A stretch of 64,000 nt of DNA from Macrostomum hystrix (taxonomy: Eukaryota > Animalia > Platyhelminthes): positions 20,150,001 to 20,214,000 of the forward strand of contig CATNEN010000001.1 in assembly GCA_950097015.1 (NCBI GenBank). Reading direction: 5' to 3'. Shown here in pieces: positions 50,796 through 60,900 of this stretch (its first letter is position 1; every line of letters starts with the position of its first letter). The notes beneath the pieces are model-generated. The model was not told the DNA's origin, ran no database searches, and worked only from the letters and a program-made list of their open reading frames with translations. The position numbers and the translations under genes were made by a program.

Positions 50796-53700
50796 TCAGC
50801 TAGTGACAGTCGCAGCAGATTTCTCTAGGATCAGGCGCCGCAGTTTGTCGTACTCAGCTGGCTCAAGCAGGCCGATGAGCACCCGGTCCATGCGGCGCAC
50901 GGGATGGCTCAGATAGCCGAAGATGCGCACGTTGGATGTCGGCTTCAGCCGCATCGGCGGATTGTTCCGAATTCGTCGACTCCAACGAGCCGACTTGGCA
51001 ACGGCGGCTTCGTTGGCCAGGCGGTGCTCTTCAACATCTTTAGTTATGAGGGCCACCTGCTGCAGGGTGGCGAGATCGAACTCTAGACCGCGCTCGTCGC
51101 AGAAGAAATCAAAGCAGGCCAGTGGAAGCAGATGCGGAGCAATGCTAATTCGCCGCGCCTTAGCCTCTCTGGTTAGGAAATTGTGAGGATCGTAGAAATA
51201 GCTGGAATCGACCGTCGCGTCGGCTGCTGAGGCTCGACGTCTGCGGCGACGCTTTGGCGGCGAAGCATCGGCAATGACTATGGCATGGTCTAGCTCTGGC
51301 TGGTTGGTGCAGTCGCTAAGCGCCTCAGGTGCAGCTGTTGTTGCTGCGGTAAGCTGCTTGGATACCAGCATCGCCGCGTCTTCGGTGGTCGGCACTTCTA
51401 CAGTCGCCTTGGACGCTAGGAAGCGCCTTCTAACCTCATCGTCGCTAACGGATGTCTCAGAGACGGTCTCGTATAGATGGGAGCCGCTGGCAGCCAGGAT
51501 TGAAGGCAGGATGTACACACTTTCAACGGCTCTGCTTTGAAGTCTTGAATTCTTGGCTGGACTTTTGACATTCTTAGATGCAGAAGCACTGTCGGAAACT
51601 TCCAATCTCACGGAGGGAATCAACTGTCGCCTTAGAGACGAATCCTGAGCAGTGGCCTCCGAACTGACTGTTGCGTACATTCTAGACTGACGCAATGATG
51701 GCAGATGCCGCTGTCTAACATAGCTGTTGGTTTCTGTGAACTCAGCTTCGGTGACAAATGTTCCATCGTTTTCTAACTCGCCCTCAATTTGACTTGGGGC
51801 AGCAGGCGGCCGGACTGAATGAATCCATTTCTGTCTCAGCTCATCGTCACTCATTGTCGTCTCGGACAAAGTAGCGAATGCGTCAGTGTCGGAGCCAGGC
51901 AGAATCGAAGGCAGATACTGGGCTCGATTTGCTGTTTCATTAACTGAGACCTGGCACACTGTCTCGAATGCACTATCAGTGTCAGTTGCTGAGGACTGGG
52001 CAGCTACAACGGAAGGAATGTGGTGCCGCCTCACAGAAGACTCATCGACAGTAGCCTCAGACTCTATAGTTGTGTACATTCGAGAGGCTCGCAATGAAGG
52101 CAGATGCTGCTTCCTGACTAGACTGTCCACTTCAGTGAATTCCGCTTCGGTGACAAATGTTGATCCATCGATATCCTTCCTGGGGTTGCCTGCGCTTGAG
52201 CAATGGCGAACAGACCTGATGAGCCGTTTCCTAATTTCTTGGTCGCGTATTGTAACCTGAGACACAGTCGAGTATGAGTCCGAACCAGAAGCCGATGAAG
52301 TGTAAGACAATAACTCATTAGCAAGCCGAGAAGTTGACGCCGGACGCCGGACAGACCTGATGAGCTGTTGTCTGATTACATCATCGTTTAAAGTGATTTG
52401 AAAAGTTGTTAAGTACTCATTCGAATCGGAAGACCACTGTTCTCCAACAAGTCGAGGGTTTGTAGTGCGATGTACCGACTTGATGAGCTGCTGTCTGATC
52501 TCATTGTCAGTCACAGTGGTCTGAGTCATTGTTAAATACGTGTCTGAATCAGAGTCAGCAGTAATAGACGGCAGCTTTTCGTCATCAGGTCGAGAACTCG
52601 AAGATGGACAAACTGACTTTATAAGCTGCTGTCTGATCTCATCGTCAGTCACAGTGGTCTGAGCCATCGTTAAATACGCGTCTGAATTAGAGTCAGCCGT
52701 AACAGACAGCAGCTTTTCGTCATCAGGTCGAGAACTTGAAGATGGACAAACTGACTTTATAAGCTGCTGTCTGATCTCATCGTCAGTCACAGTGGTCTGA
52801 GCCATCGTTAAATACGCGTCTGAATTAGAGTCAGCCGTAACAGACAGCAGCTTTTCGTCATCAGGTCGAGAACTTGAAGATGGACAAACTGACTTTATAA
52901 GCCGCTGTCTGATCTCGTCGTCAGTCAGAGTGGCCTGAGACACAGTTACAAAGCCACAGCTACCATCAGAGTGCTCCAAGGTCTTGTTTTTTAATTCGGG
53001 ATGATATGAAGCCTTATCAGTCTCAGCCTCCTTGTGCTCAGACTTGCAACTCAGTCTGTGTAATGTTGAAGACTCAGCGAAGCAACAACTGTCAGATACA
53101 GGATTGCAGCTCTTGTTATTTTGTTCAGGCTGAATGGAAGATTCTGTCAAACAATGAATGGTATGCGGAACTGCTTTGGTGCCATCATTGCCATCGGACA
53201 ATTGACTGAGCTGAACTAGAGGCTCTGTAGGGCATAGTCTGCCAGAAGATAACTTAATGCTTTTATCGCAATTTTTCTCTGTCTGTGCAACTGTTTGAGT
53301 CGACGCCTCAGGAAAACAGCGGCTATGATGAGAAGCAATTTGGATCTTGTTACTATGCTCACACGGCGACTGATCCAAGCTCTCTCCGTTGTTAGGCAGC
53401 AACGCAGACTGACCAGCGTGATGAGTAGATGTAACAGCAATTCGGCGGCTACCAGAAGAAGCGTCGTAGGTGTCGTTACTGCGTCCAAGCAGAAGCCTAC
53501 GTTGAATCGGTGTCTCTGCAACGTAGACACTCCTCACTGAAGACTGATTGACTTCGTTAATGTTAAATGCAGAGCTAATTCCCAGTTGAATAGGCGTAGG
53601 CGTCTCTAAGAGAAAACTGCTGCCAGGCGAAGCTTCAAATGTCTCATTTTTGTTACGCTTGATCCGCGCTTCAAGTTGAATCGGCGTTTTAGCAGGACCA

Positions 53701-55880
53701 CTTTTAACAGGTGAAGCTCTATAGGTCACTGCACTGCAACTTTGAGACACAGACTGACAGCCATATTCAACGGTTGGCTCAGTGTGACTATGGCTAATTG
53801 GTAAAGCTTTAAATGTCTCAGTAATGTTATGCTCGGGTTGATTAGCCGGTAAATTTGGAGTCTCGTCTGCGCTCCGGCAATCCGAAAAGACTTCCTTAGT
53901 CTCGTCATTGTTTCGATCGGTCAAACTGCTATATTGAATGGACGGTTCTGACAAGCAACCAGCTACACTGTCATTGTTTTCTCCGCTCCGTTGCACAGCA
54001 ACAGATTTCATATGGAGTTTATTTGAAGATTCCGTTAAGAAACCACTAGCGCTAGCGTCAAGGATGTTGTGCTGCGCTTGTGACTGATGATGGCCGTGTT
54101 GAGAACAGGGCTCCGTAAAGCTACGGCTACCTGGCGTGGCTTCACTGACATCACGGATGTTGTGCTGAGATGCTGACTGAAGGCTGCATTGAGTGGAAGG
54201 CTCAGCGAAGCTAGCTGGTGAAGCCCTACTGACATCACGGATGTAATGCTGAGATGCTGAATGACAGCTGTATTGAGTAGAATGCTTAGCGGAGCTAGCA
54301 GGTGAAGCTTCACTGACGTCACGGATGTTGTGCTGAGATGCTGACTGAAGGCTGCATTGAGCAGAAGGCTTAGCGGAGCTAGCAGGTGAAGCTTCACTGA
54401 CGTCACGGATGTTGTGCTGAGATGCTGACTGAAGGCTGCATTGAGCAGAAGGCTTAGCGGAGCTAGCAGGTGAAGCTTCACTGACATCACGGATGTTGTG
54501 CTGAGATGCAGACTGAAGGCTGCATTGAGTGGAAGGCTCAGCGAAGCTAGCTGGTGAAGCCCTACTGACATCACGGATGTAATGCTGAGATGCTGAATGA
54601 CAGCTGTATTGAGTAGAATGCTTAGCGGAGCTAGCAGGTGAAGCTTCACTGACGTCACGGATGTTGTGCTGAGATGCTGACTGAAGGCTGCATTGAGCAG
54701 AAGGCTTAGCGGAGCTAGCAGGTGAAGCTTCACTGACGTCACGGATGTTGTGCTGAGATGCTGACTGAAGGCTGCATTGAGCAGAAGGCTTAGCGGAGCT
54801 AGCAGGTGAAGCTTCACTGACGTCACGGATGTTGTGCTGAGATGCTGACTGAAGGCTGCATTGAGCAGAAGGCTTAGCGGAGCTAGCAGGTGAAGCTTCA
54901 CTGACATCACGGATGTTGTGCTGAGATGCAGACTGAAGGCTGCATTGAGTAGAAGGCTCAGCGGAGCTAGCAGGTGTGGCTTTCTTAGAATCATTATTGC
55001 TCTGCTCAAACTCAGATATACTATCTTGTTGATTTATTTTTTCTGCCTGTGAAATGCTAGCAGATGAAGCTAGTTGAGTCAGAGTATTATCTGCCAGGCA
55101 AGGGCTGCAGGAGGCCGAAGCTGTCTCGCTTACCTCATGCTCAGAGGCTGACTGAGTCTCGCATTGAGTAGGGGGCTTTGATGAGCAACTGATATTAGGC
55201 GAAGACTTATTAGTCGTATTGTTTCGATGCTTCTCATGTGAGCTATATTCAGTGACTGGAGTTTGTATCAGGCAGGGAACATCATGTGATGAAGCCTCAT
55301 TGGTCAGTTCGTTGCAATGCTCCAAGGGTTGGTCACTGGAATCCAGCAGAACTGTGCTCAAAGACTTGGCCTGAATGTTGTCAGCGGCCATCAGCCGTCG
55401 CCGTCGCCTAGCAACTATACGAGGTCGCGCCAAAACGCCACTGCCAGAAGGCGCCGACACTGAGCGGTTGAATGTAGCAGTGGTCTCCGGCGCGGCAGAA
55501 GGCGAGCACAATGATTTCAACAGCACATCGCTTACTGTGGAAGCCCTGCTCAAACCACGCCTGGAGCGAATTCGTGGTAGCGCACGAGGGGCTGGCTGAG
55601 CAATGATCAGTGTGCTATCCAGCGAATCCCGTTGCTGCTGCTCCAAACGACGCGTCTGCGATCGTGAGCTTCGCCTATGCACAAGCAGACCCGTTTCTGT
55701 GTCGCCATTGGCGCTCAGGCACAGAGTACTCTCTGGTGCCAGACTCAGCTGACTCAGCCGCATGCGTCCACCAGTTCTGGCGCCACGGCTGCTACTAACG
55801 CCACTGCTGCTCACGATTGAAGGCTTTTTGCCATTAAATTTGCGCTTCGACGACTTGCAAGACTTGCTTCTGGTTTTCAT
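50796..55880 (-). CDS. Uncharacterised 1,694-aa Ser/Thr-rich, largely disordered protein with 25-aa and ~43-aa internal repeats; probably nuclear
   Basis: 5-kb uninterrupted ORF, mostly non-repetitive, with exon-like composition. TTTCAG acceptor 10 nt before the ATG. Basic clusters (KRKFNGKK, PPKRRRRRR). Confidence 0.85.
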   Translation of the reverse strand: MKTRSKSCKSSKRKFNGKKPSIVSSSGVSSSRGARTGGRMRLSQLSLAPESTLCLSANGDTETGLLVHRRSSRSQTRRLEQQQRDSLDSTLIIAQPAPRALPRIRSRRGLSRASTVSDVLLKSLCSPSAAPETTATFNRSVSAPSGSGVLARPRIVARRRRRLMAADNIQAKSLSTVLLDSSDQPLEHCNELTNEASSHDVPCLIQTPVTEYSSHEKHRNNTTNKSSPNISCSSKPPTQCETQSASEHEVSETASASCSPCLADNTLTQLASSASISQAEKINQQDSISEFEQSNNDSKKATPASSAEPSTQCSLQSASQHNIRDVSEASPASSAKPSAQCSLQSASQHNIRDVSEASPASSAKPSAQCSLQSASQHNIRDVSEASPASSAKPSAQCSLQSASQHNIRDVSEASPASSAKHSTQYSCHSASQHYIRDVSRASPASFAEPSTQCSLQSASQHNIRDVSEASPASSAKPSAQCSLQSASQHNIRDVSEASPASSAKPSAQCSLQSASQHNIRDVSEASPASSAKHSTQYSCHSASQHYIRDVSRASPASFAEPSTQCSLQSASQHNIRDVSEATPGSRSFTEPCSQHGHHQSQAQHNILDASASGFLTESSNKLHMKSVAVQRSGENNDSVAGCLSEPSIQYSSLTDRNNDETKEVFSDCRSADETPNLPANQPEHNITETFKALPISHSHTEPTVEYGCQSVSQSCSAVTYRASPVKSGPAKTPIQLEARIKRNKNETFEASPGSSFLLETPTPIQLGISSAFNINEVNQSSVRSVYVAETPIQRRLLLGRSNDTYDASSGSRRIAVTSTHHAGQSALLPNNGESLDQSPCEHSNKIQIASHHSRCFPEASTQTVAQTEKNCDKSIKLSSGRLCPTEPLVQLSQLSDGNDGTKAVPHTIHCLTESSIQPEQNNKSCNPVSDSCCFAESSTLHRLSCKSEHKEAETDKASYHPELKNKTLEHSDGSCGFVTVSQATLTDDEIRQRLIKSVCPSSSSRPDDEKLLSVTADSNSDAYLTMAQTTVTDDEIRQQLIKSVCPSSSSRPDDEKLLSVTADSNSDAYLTMAQTTVTDDEIRQQLIKSVCPSSSSRPDDEKLPSITADSDSDTYLTMTQTTVTDNEIRQQLIKSVHRTTNPRLVGEQWSSDSNEYLTTFQITLNDDVIRQQLIRSVRRPASTSRLANELLSYTSSASGSDSYSTVSQVTIRDQEIRKRLIRSVRHCSSAGNPRKDIDGSTFVTEAEFTEVDSLVRKQHLPSLRASRMYTTIESEATVDESSVRRHHIPSVVAAQSSATDTDSAFETVCQVSVNETANRAQYLPSILPGSDTDAFATLSETTMSDDELRQKWIHSVRPPAAPSQIEGELENDGTFVTEAEFTETNSYVRQRHLPSLRQSRMYATVSSEATAQDSSLRRQLIPSVRLEVSDSASASKNVKSPAKNSRLQSRAVESVYILPSILAASGSHLYETVSETSVSDDEVRRRFLASKATVEVPTTEDAAMLVSKQLTAATTAAPEALSDCTNQPELDHAIVIADASPPKRRRRRRASAADATVDSSYFYDPHNFLTREAKARRISIAPHLLPLACFDFFCDERGLEFDLATLQQVALITKDVEEHRLANEAAVAKSARWSRRIRNNPPMRLKPTSNVRIFGYLSHPVRRMDRVLIGLLEPAEYDKLRRLILEKSAATVTS

Positions 55881-57398
55881 TGCGAAGCAGCTGAAATATT
55901 ATATAATTTTATGCTTCTTGTATTAAAATTTGAATTTTTATTGATGATTATGAAATAATATAAAGCTAGGTACTCTTCTTTGGAGTCTTATAATAAACTG
56001 ATTAAATACACACTGTAAATTAACCAATATGACTAATATAATAGATACTATTATTATGCAACCTCATAAAAAAGACTAAAGTCTTGTTAACTATTATCTA
56101 ATTATTAGCTTTACTCAGCTAGAAAACATGTGAAATTATATTGGAGAGTTACTTGTATAGGAGGATATAGGAGGTCACAAAAATATATAAGCTTTTAGTA
56201 CAGAAATTATATTTTTATTGTTGTATCTTTTCTTAGCACTACAAAAAATTAGATTTCTACAAAAAAACAAAAACTAGGGTTAACTAAAGGGCCTTTTCAT
56301 GTTAGTAAATTTTCCCTTTAAAACTTGTTGAGCCCTAGCACAACTGTTGCAATATCAGTTTTTTACAACATTTTAAATATCATTGTTTACACATTTTTAA
56401 TTACTGGAAACTTTTAGTAGTAGTAATATTTTGGTCTATGCAAGCAATCTGTTAAGCAACTTTTGGAATTGTATTTAACCAAGTAGATATAAAGATTCAA
56501 TTACATTTTAAAATAACAGTTATAACATCTGTGACATTGTAACTGTTTCAGATAATGATAATTGAATTTTATTAGATTTGCTACATTAAAAATAACTATG
56601 TAGAGTTCTATCAAATGCTATACATTTATTCTTTTCTTTGTTATATGATATAAAATGATATTTAATGGTTATTTAAACACTTTAATTAGTTTTGTATTTT
56701 TGTGCTGGTGTCATTACATTTCTTTTCCTTGTCTAACCAATACTTTTAGCAATAATATTCTAGCCAATATAATTAATATTCCTAAATGTGTGATTTCTAT
56801 TATATTAACCACTACATGAAAATATACCTAAATCCTTATTGCATCTTAATTTGTCACATATCCATAACTGCCATGCATGTACTTATATAACACTTGGTGC
56901 ATGGCTGCTACACATGCAAGCTAACTAAATATAAAATATGAACTTACATTTTTGCAATACTTTCAATCACAATAGAATTTTAGGGCAAAATTGCAGTTTG
57001 TTTTGAATAATTTTTAAGTTAGGTGTCATGAAAAGTCTAAATTTGATCAAACTAGAAGTCACACTTTCCCTTGGTTCTAGCTTCTAGCCATAGAAAAATG
57101 ACATAACATGACTGCAGTTAGGCCCTATTTCAATCTATAGTTTTTGCCATAGACAGATGTGGCATGACCAGACCAGTTGGATTAAATTCAGACTTAGCGT
57201 GACATGTAGGTCTAGGTAGGCACCAACTCAAACTTGAAAAAATTATACAAAAGAAACTACAATATAGCCAAATGTGGAACTTTGTATTTAAAAATTAAAT
57301 ATCAAATACTTTTGTAATAATTTGGCAAACTAATCAGAATTTAACAAGAAAACAGTTTAAAAATGATGTATAGATAACATTTTGTATTATTTTACAAG

Positions 57399-57843
57399 GG
57401 ATCCTAGACACTTTGTCATCTTACAATTTTGTCATCCACTTGGAAGGTAGGACACTTCATCATCCTGCCAATTGGCATGCTTTAAAGTTTGGTCAGTTTG
57501 TCATCTACTAATAGGCCTAACCAGCAATCAAGTTCGTCATTAATAAAGTGAGGTGGGGTGGTGGGGCAGAGGTGTGAACACACTTCACACTCTAAATTGT
57601 CAAAAAGAGGTGTCAAAACTGATTTCATTAGGCTATAAGAGTTGAAAGATAGGTGCCAACACAATATGAGGAGGTCGCAGGTGGGGAGGGGTGGTTGTGT
57701 TCTAACTTTGAAAACTTTTGTTTCATAGATGACGAAGTGTCCACAAGTCTAAGTCTCTTTGTCATCCACCCTATGAGATAGGCCTATTGGACAGATCGTC
57801 ATCTGGATGACGAAGTTGTAAGATAGCAAAGTGGCTAGGTGCC
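57399..57843. mobile_element. MULE/Mutator-like MITE, 445 bp
   Basis: ~40-bp imperfect TIRs (GGATCCTAGACACTTTGTCATCTTACAA / revcomp GGCACCTAGCCACTTTGCTATCTTACAA) and a perfect 9-bp TSD TTTTACAAG (57390-57398, 57844-57852). Confidence 0.85.
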
Positions 57844-59799
57844 TTTTACAAGTGGGCTAAATCAGTTGGAGGCAGAAATGGTTTTGGGTCAAAATGCTTA
57901 TGGCCAAAAATGATTAGGCCCTAGTGCCCTATGGCCAGAATGACTGGCTACCACAAAAAAACAATAGATTAGGCTATATGGGCAATGGGCATAGCAGCAA
58001 TGTTTCTAATCCCTAAGCCTAGCATAAGTCTGGCATAAAAAAATTAAAATGACTCAACCAGACATCCATGCTATAGTTTTACTAGCCAATTTAAATATAT
58101 TATAAGTCTTAACCATTTTCCTTGTAATTCTTGTTTCTTGCTACTATATCTTAACAGACATGCCTTGTTAGGCCTACAATAAAGACAGTTTATCTTTGAG
58201 ATATGTATCCTTGGGTGCATAAAAATATATGCTCAAGAAAAATTTGACTTTGAGTTTGCTGTAGGCCCCTATTGTGTGCTGTGTAAAGTGCGACACCCCA
58301 CATTTCACCCCTCTATAACAACAGAAGTTTTCTTGGCTATTGTATTGGTTATGCACAGGAAAAATATTATAAACACAGATCTGTTGCTGTGCGTCATTTA
58401 TATTTAGTTTTGACAGCATACTATTTTTATGACCTTTGTCAGTTGAACTCGCGGGGCTGAATCGCGTAGTTAGTTCATACTTTAATAAGTTTAATGGTTT
58501 TTGGAAGACGTTAAAAGTAATTTATTGTTTTTATTGTTCTTTATTTATTCTTTATTTATTTATTTAAGTAATTTATTTGACATATTTCTAAATGATGTAC
58601 AAAATCTTTTCTGCATTGTTTATTATTATTGCCAGTTGTTTTTTAATTAGACAAAGTTAAATCTACAACTTTTTCTAGTACATGCGATATTGGTACATGT
58701 GCCTAATTAACATTTGTTAAACTAAGTACATACTAACGCGTAACATGTCACAGTCGTGTGACTGTTATTTGTTCTTGTTTGCTTTTAATTATTATTAAAG
58801 AAAATTACGAACTAATTATTAAATATTATAGACATGTGATTTAGTCAAGTTTTATCTTGCGTTTTTGGGATAAAGATTACGAATATAAACAGTAAAGCTG
58901 TTGATCGGACACACGGATGAGAGCTGGGAACCATCGTTTTGCCATTCTGTCATTGTCTTTTGTTGCTCTTCGATTTCTGAAGGCCGTTGCAAGTCACCAT
59001 TTTTATCTAATCAACTTTCTTTTTGCACTCAGAATTCCATGCCTTGACCACGTCCTGAAAAAAATTGCTCGATTGCTTTGCTGAAAGTTTTCTAATTGTT
59101 GAGATAACTTAACTGCTGAGCTCAACCAAATTATACTCGCAACTCATACAGGAATATATTCACAAAAAAGAAAAATTAAATTATGTACGGGAGCAGCCAA
59201 TTAGTACTGAGTAGTCGTAGCAATCGCATTGGCTCAGGCAAAATGCTAGTAGCTGTTTTGCCAATATCGAGCGATCGAAGTGTATTTGCTTACAATTAAG
59301 TATTTGTATATTATATATGATCAGGTCAGTTTTAATAAGAACGAGAAAAAGCGAACGTTTGATAAATAAAAACAACAAGCGAATTTGTTAAAGCGAGCAG
59401 CGAGCAATATTTTACAAAACACAAAAGAACAATACAGACAAAAGCGGTAAATTAGTAAGGGATGAAATACAGTTATCAAAATGATTAAATTCATTACGCG
59501 CTAAAAAAGTTAGGAAATTTGATATCCTGTCTTGCTTTGTAGAGGCACTCAGGTCTATATTTTGTAGAAGTCACACAAGGAAAGTACGGTTTTCTTTGTT
59601 GGAAGGTAGCAAGACGGATATGCATGAATAATTTTTATGCACAAACGATAACATAATGAAGAAGTTCAGGTGTTATGTCAGAATTGCAGAATTTACAGGC
59701 ATCGTGTTTCTCAAAGACACATTTCTGATGCTTGAGCGACAGGCTTAAATTAACAAGCTTTTAGTCCTCAAAGGAAAACAGACGAGAAACGAGTTAAAA

Positions 59800-60060
59800 A
59801 TGTCACTACATCTACCCGACAGCACAAAATGAAAGATCTAACAAAATCTGGTGCCGTTCACTTGCACCAGATTGAAGCCCCAGCACTCTGCGTAGCAGCC
59901 TGCAATCGCCCTGCAATCCTGGGCGACCACTTGAGCGACTCCTTCCAGCCAGTCAGCCTTTCTCTGCTGACACTCTGCTCTCTCACAAGTGAATCCCGCC
60001 TCGCTGAGCTGCCAGTCCTGAAGGCTTTTAAGAGAAGAGTCGTCTTGGAACCTGCTGAAC
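59800..60060 (-). pseudogene. Decayed duplicate of the catalytic exon of the Mab-21/cGAS-like gene
   Basis: LSEAGFTCERAECQQRKADWLEGVAQ...IAGCYAECWGFNLVQVNG aligns with LNEAGYVQERLKCQQEMADLLEGVAR...VAGSYGEGWTNNLEQVNG. The GS motif is mutated and a stop comes before the DxD. Confidence 0.85.
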
Positions 60061-60499
60061 AAAGGAGAGTTCTGTCTACTCTTAAATTTGCGTCCATAAA
60101 AGAAGCATTTCAGTGATGAGCAAAATTACCAGCTTTTTCCCCGCTTCTGACAGTTTTATATGAGACACACAAGATATCAATTTGTTATGAAGCCACTTTA
60201 CTAGATAATTGCTTAGAATTTCTTTGTGTAGTTTGCCGTTAGAAGCAGCGATACGCATTCGATTTGCAAACATTTGGTCTCCATTAAGGCTCTCGGCTAC
60301 ATGGTTCAATATTAATATATATATATGAAGGGCAACTATAATAACTATAACTAAAACTTGACTTCACAACTACAAAGGTCATATTTAAGTTAACAGCTCC
60401 ACTCTGTAAACCCCCCATGCCCCCTAACCACTGTTGTTAGGGGGCATGCATTTAGAATTTTGCAGCATTATGTAATGCAGTTTGCAGCCTAGATACTGG

Positions 60500-60630
60500 G
60501 GGTGTGGCAGGACGCACACCCATCGCTACGATACCCGTAGTTTCGCACTCATGCTCAACTTAGAAAAGATTCCTCTCAAATTTCCCTAGACCTAATCCAG
60601 CTATTTATAACTAAAAATTGCCATTTAGGC
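60500..60630 (-). pseudogene. Short remnant of the start of the Mab-21 gene's last exon
   Basis: TGGCAGGACGCACACCCATCGCTaCGATAC at ~60506-60535 duplicates 62241-62270. Confidence 0.65.
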
Positions 60631-60900
60631 ACATTTCAAACATGCAAAGTCAGGTCAGTCTCGAGAGTGTACGAGTATGCTGTGACGGAATGCTCTGACT
60701 TATCTCATCAGAAACCATTCAGAAAAACTTGATATTTTTCATTCTTACTATTGACAGTAGTAGCGTTGCCTAATGCCTAATGACCTAATTATATACTTAT
60801 ATACCCGTACATACATACCTAATTACGAGGTATACGTAATATACCTAAAGCAGATGGATGCCAAATGGTAAAACGCAATATCAATGAATTAATGAATTAC

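Noticed and set aside
50930-51000. CENP-C motif call for RWSRRIRNNPP
   Set aside because: It lacks the downstream aromatic YW pair of the CENP-C motif, so it is kept only as a hypothesis to test.
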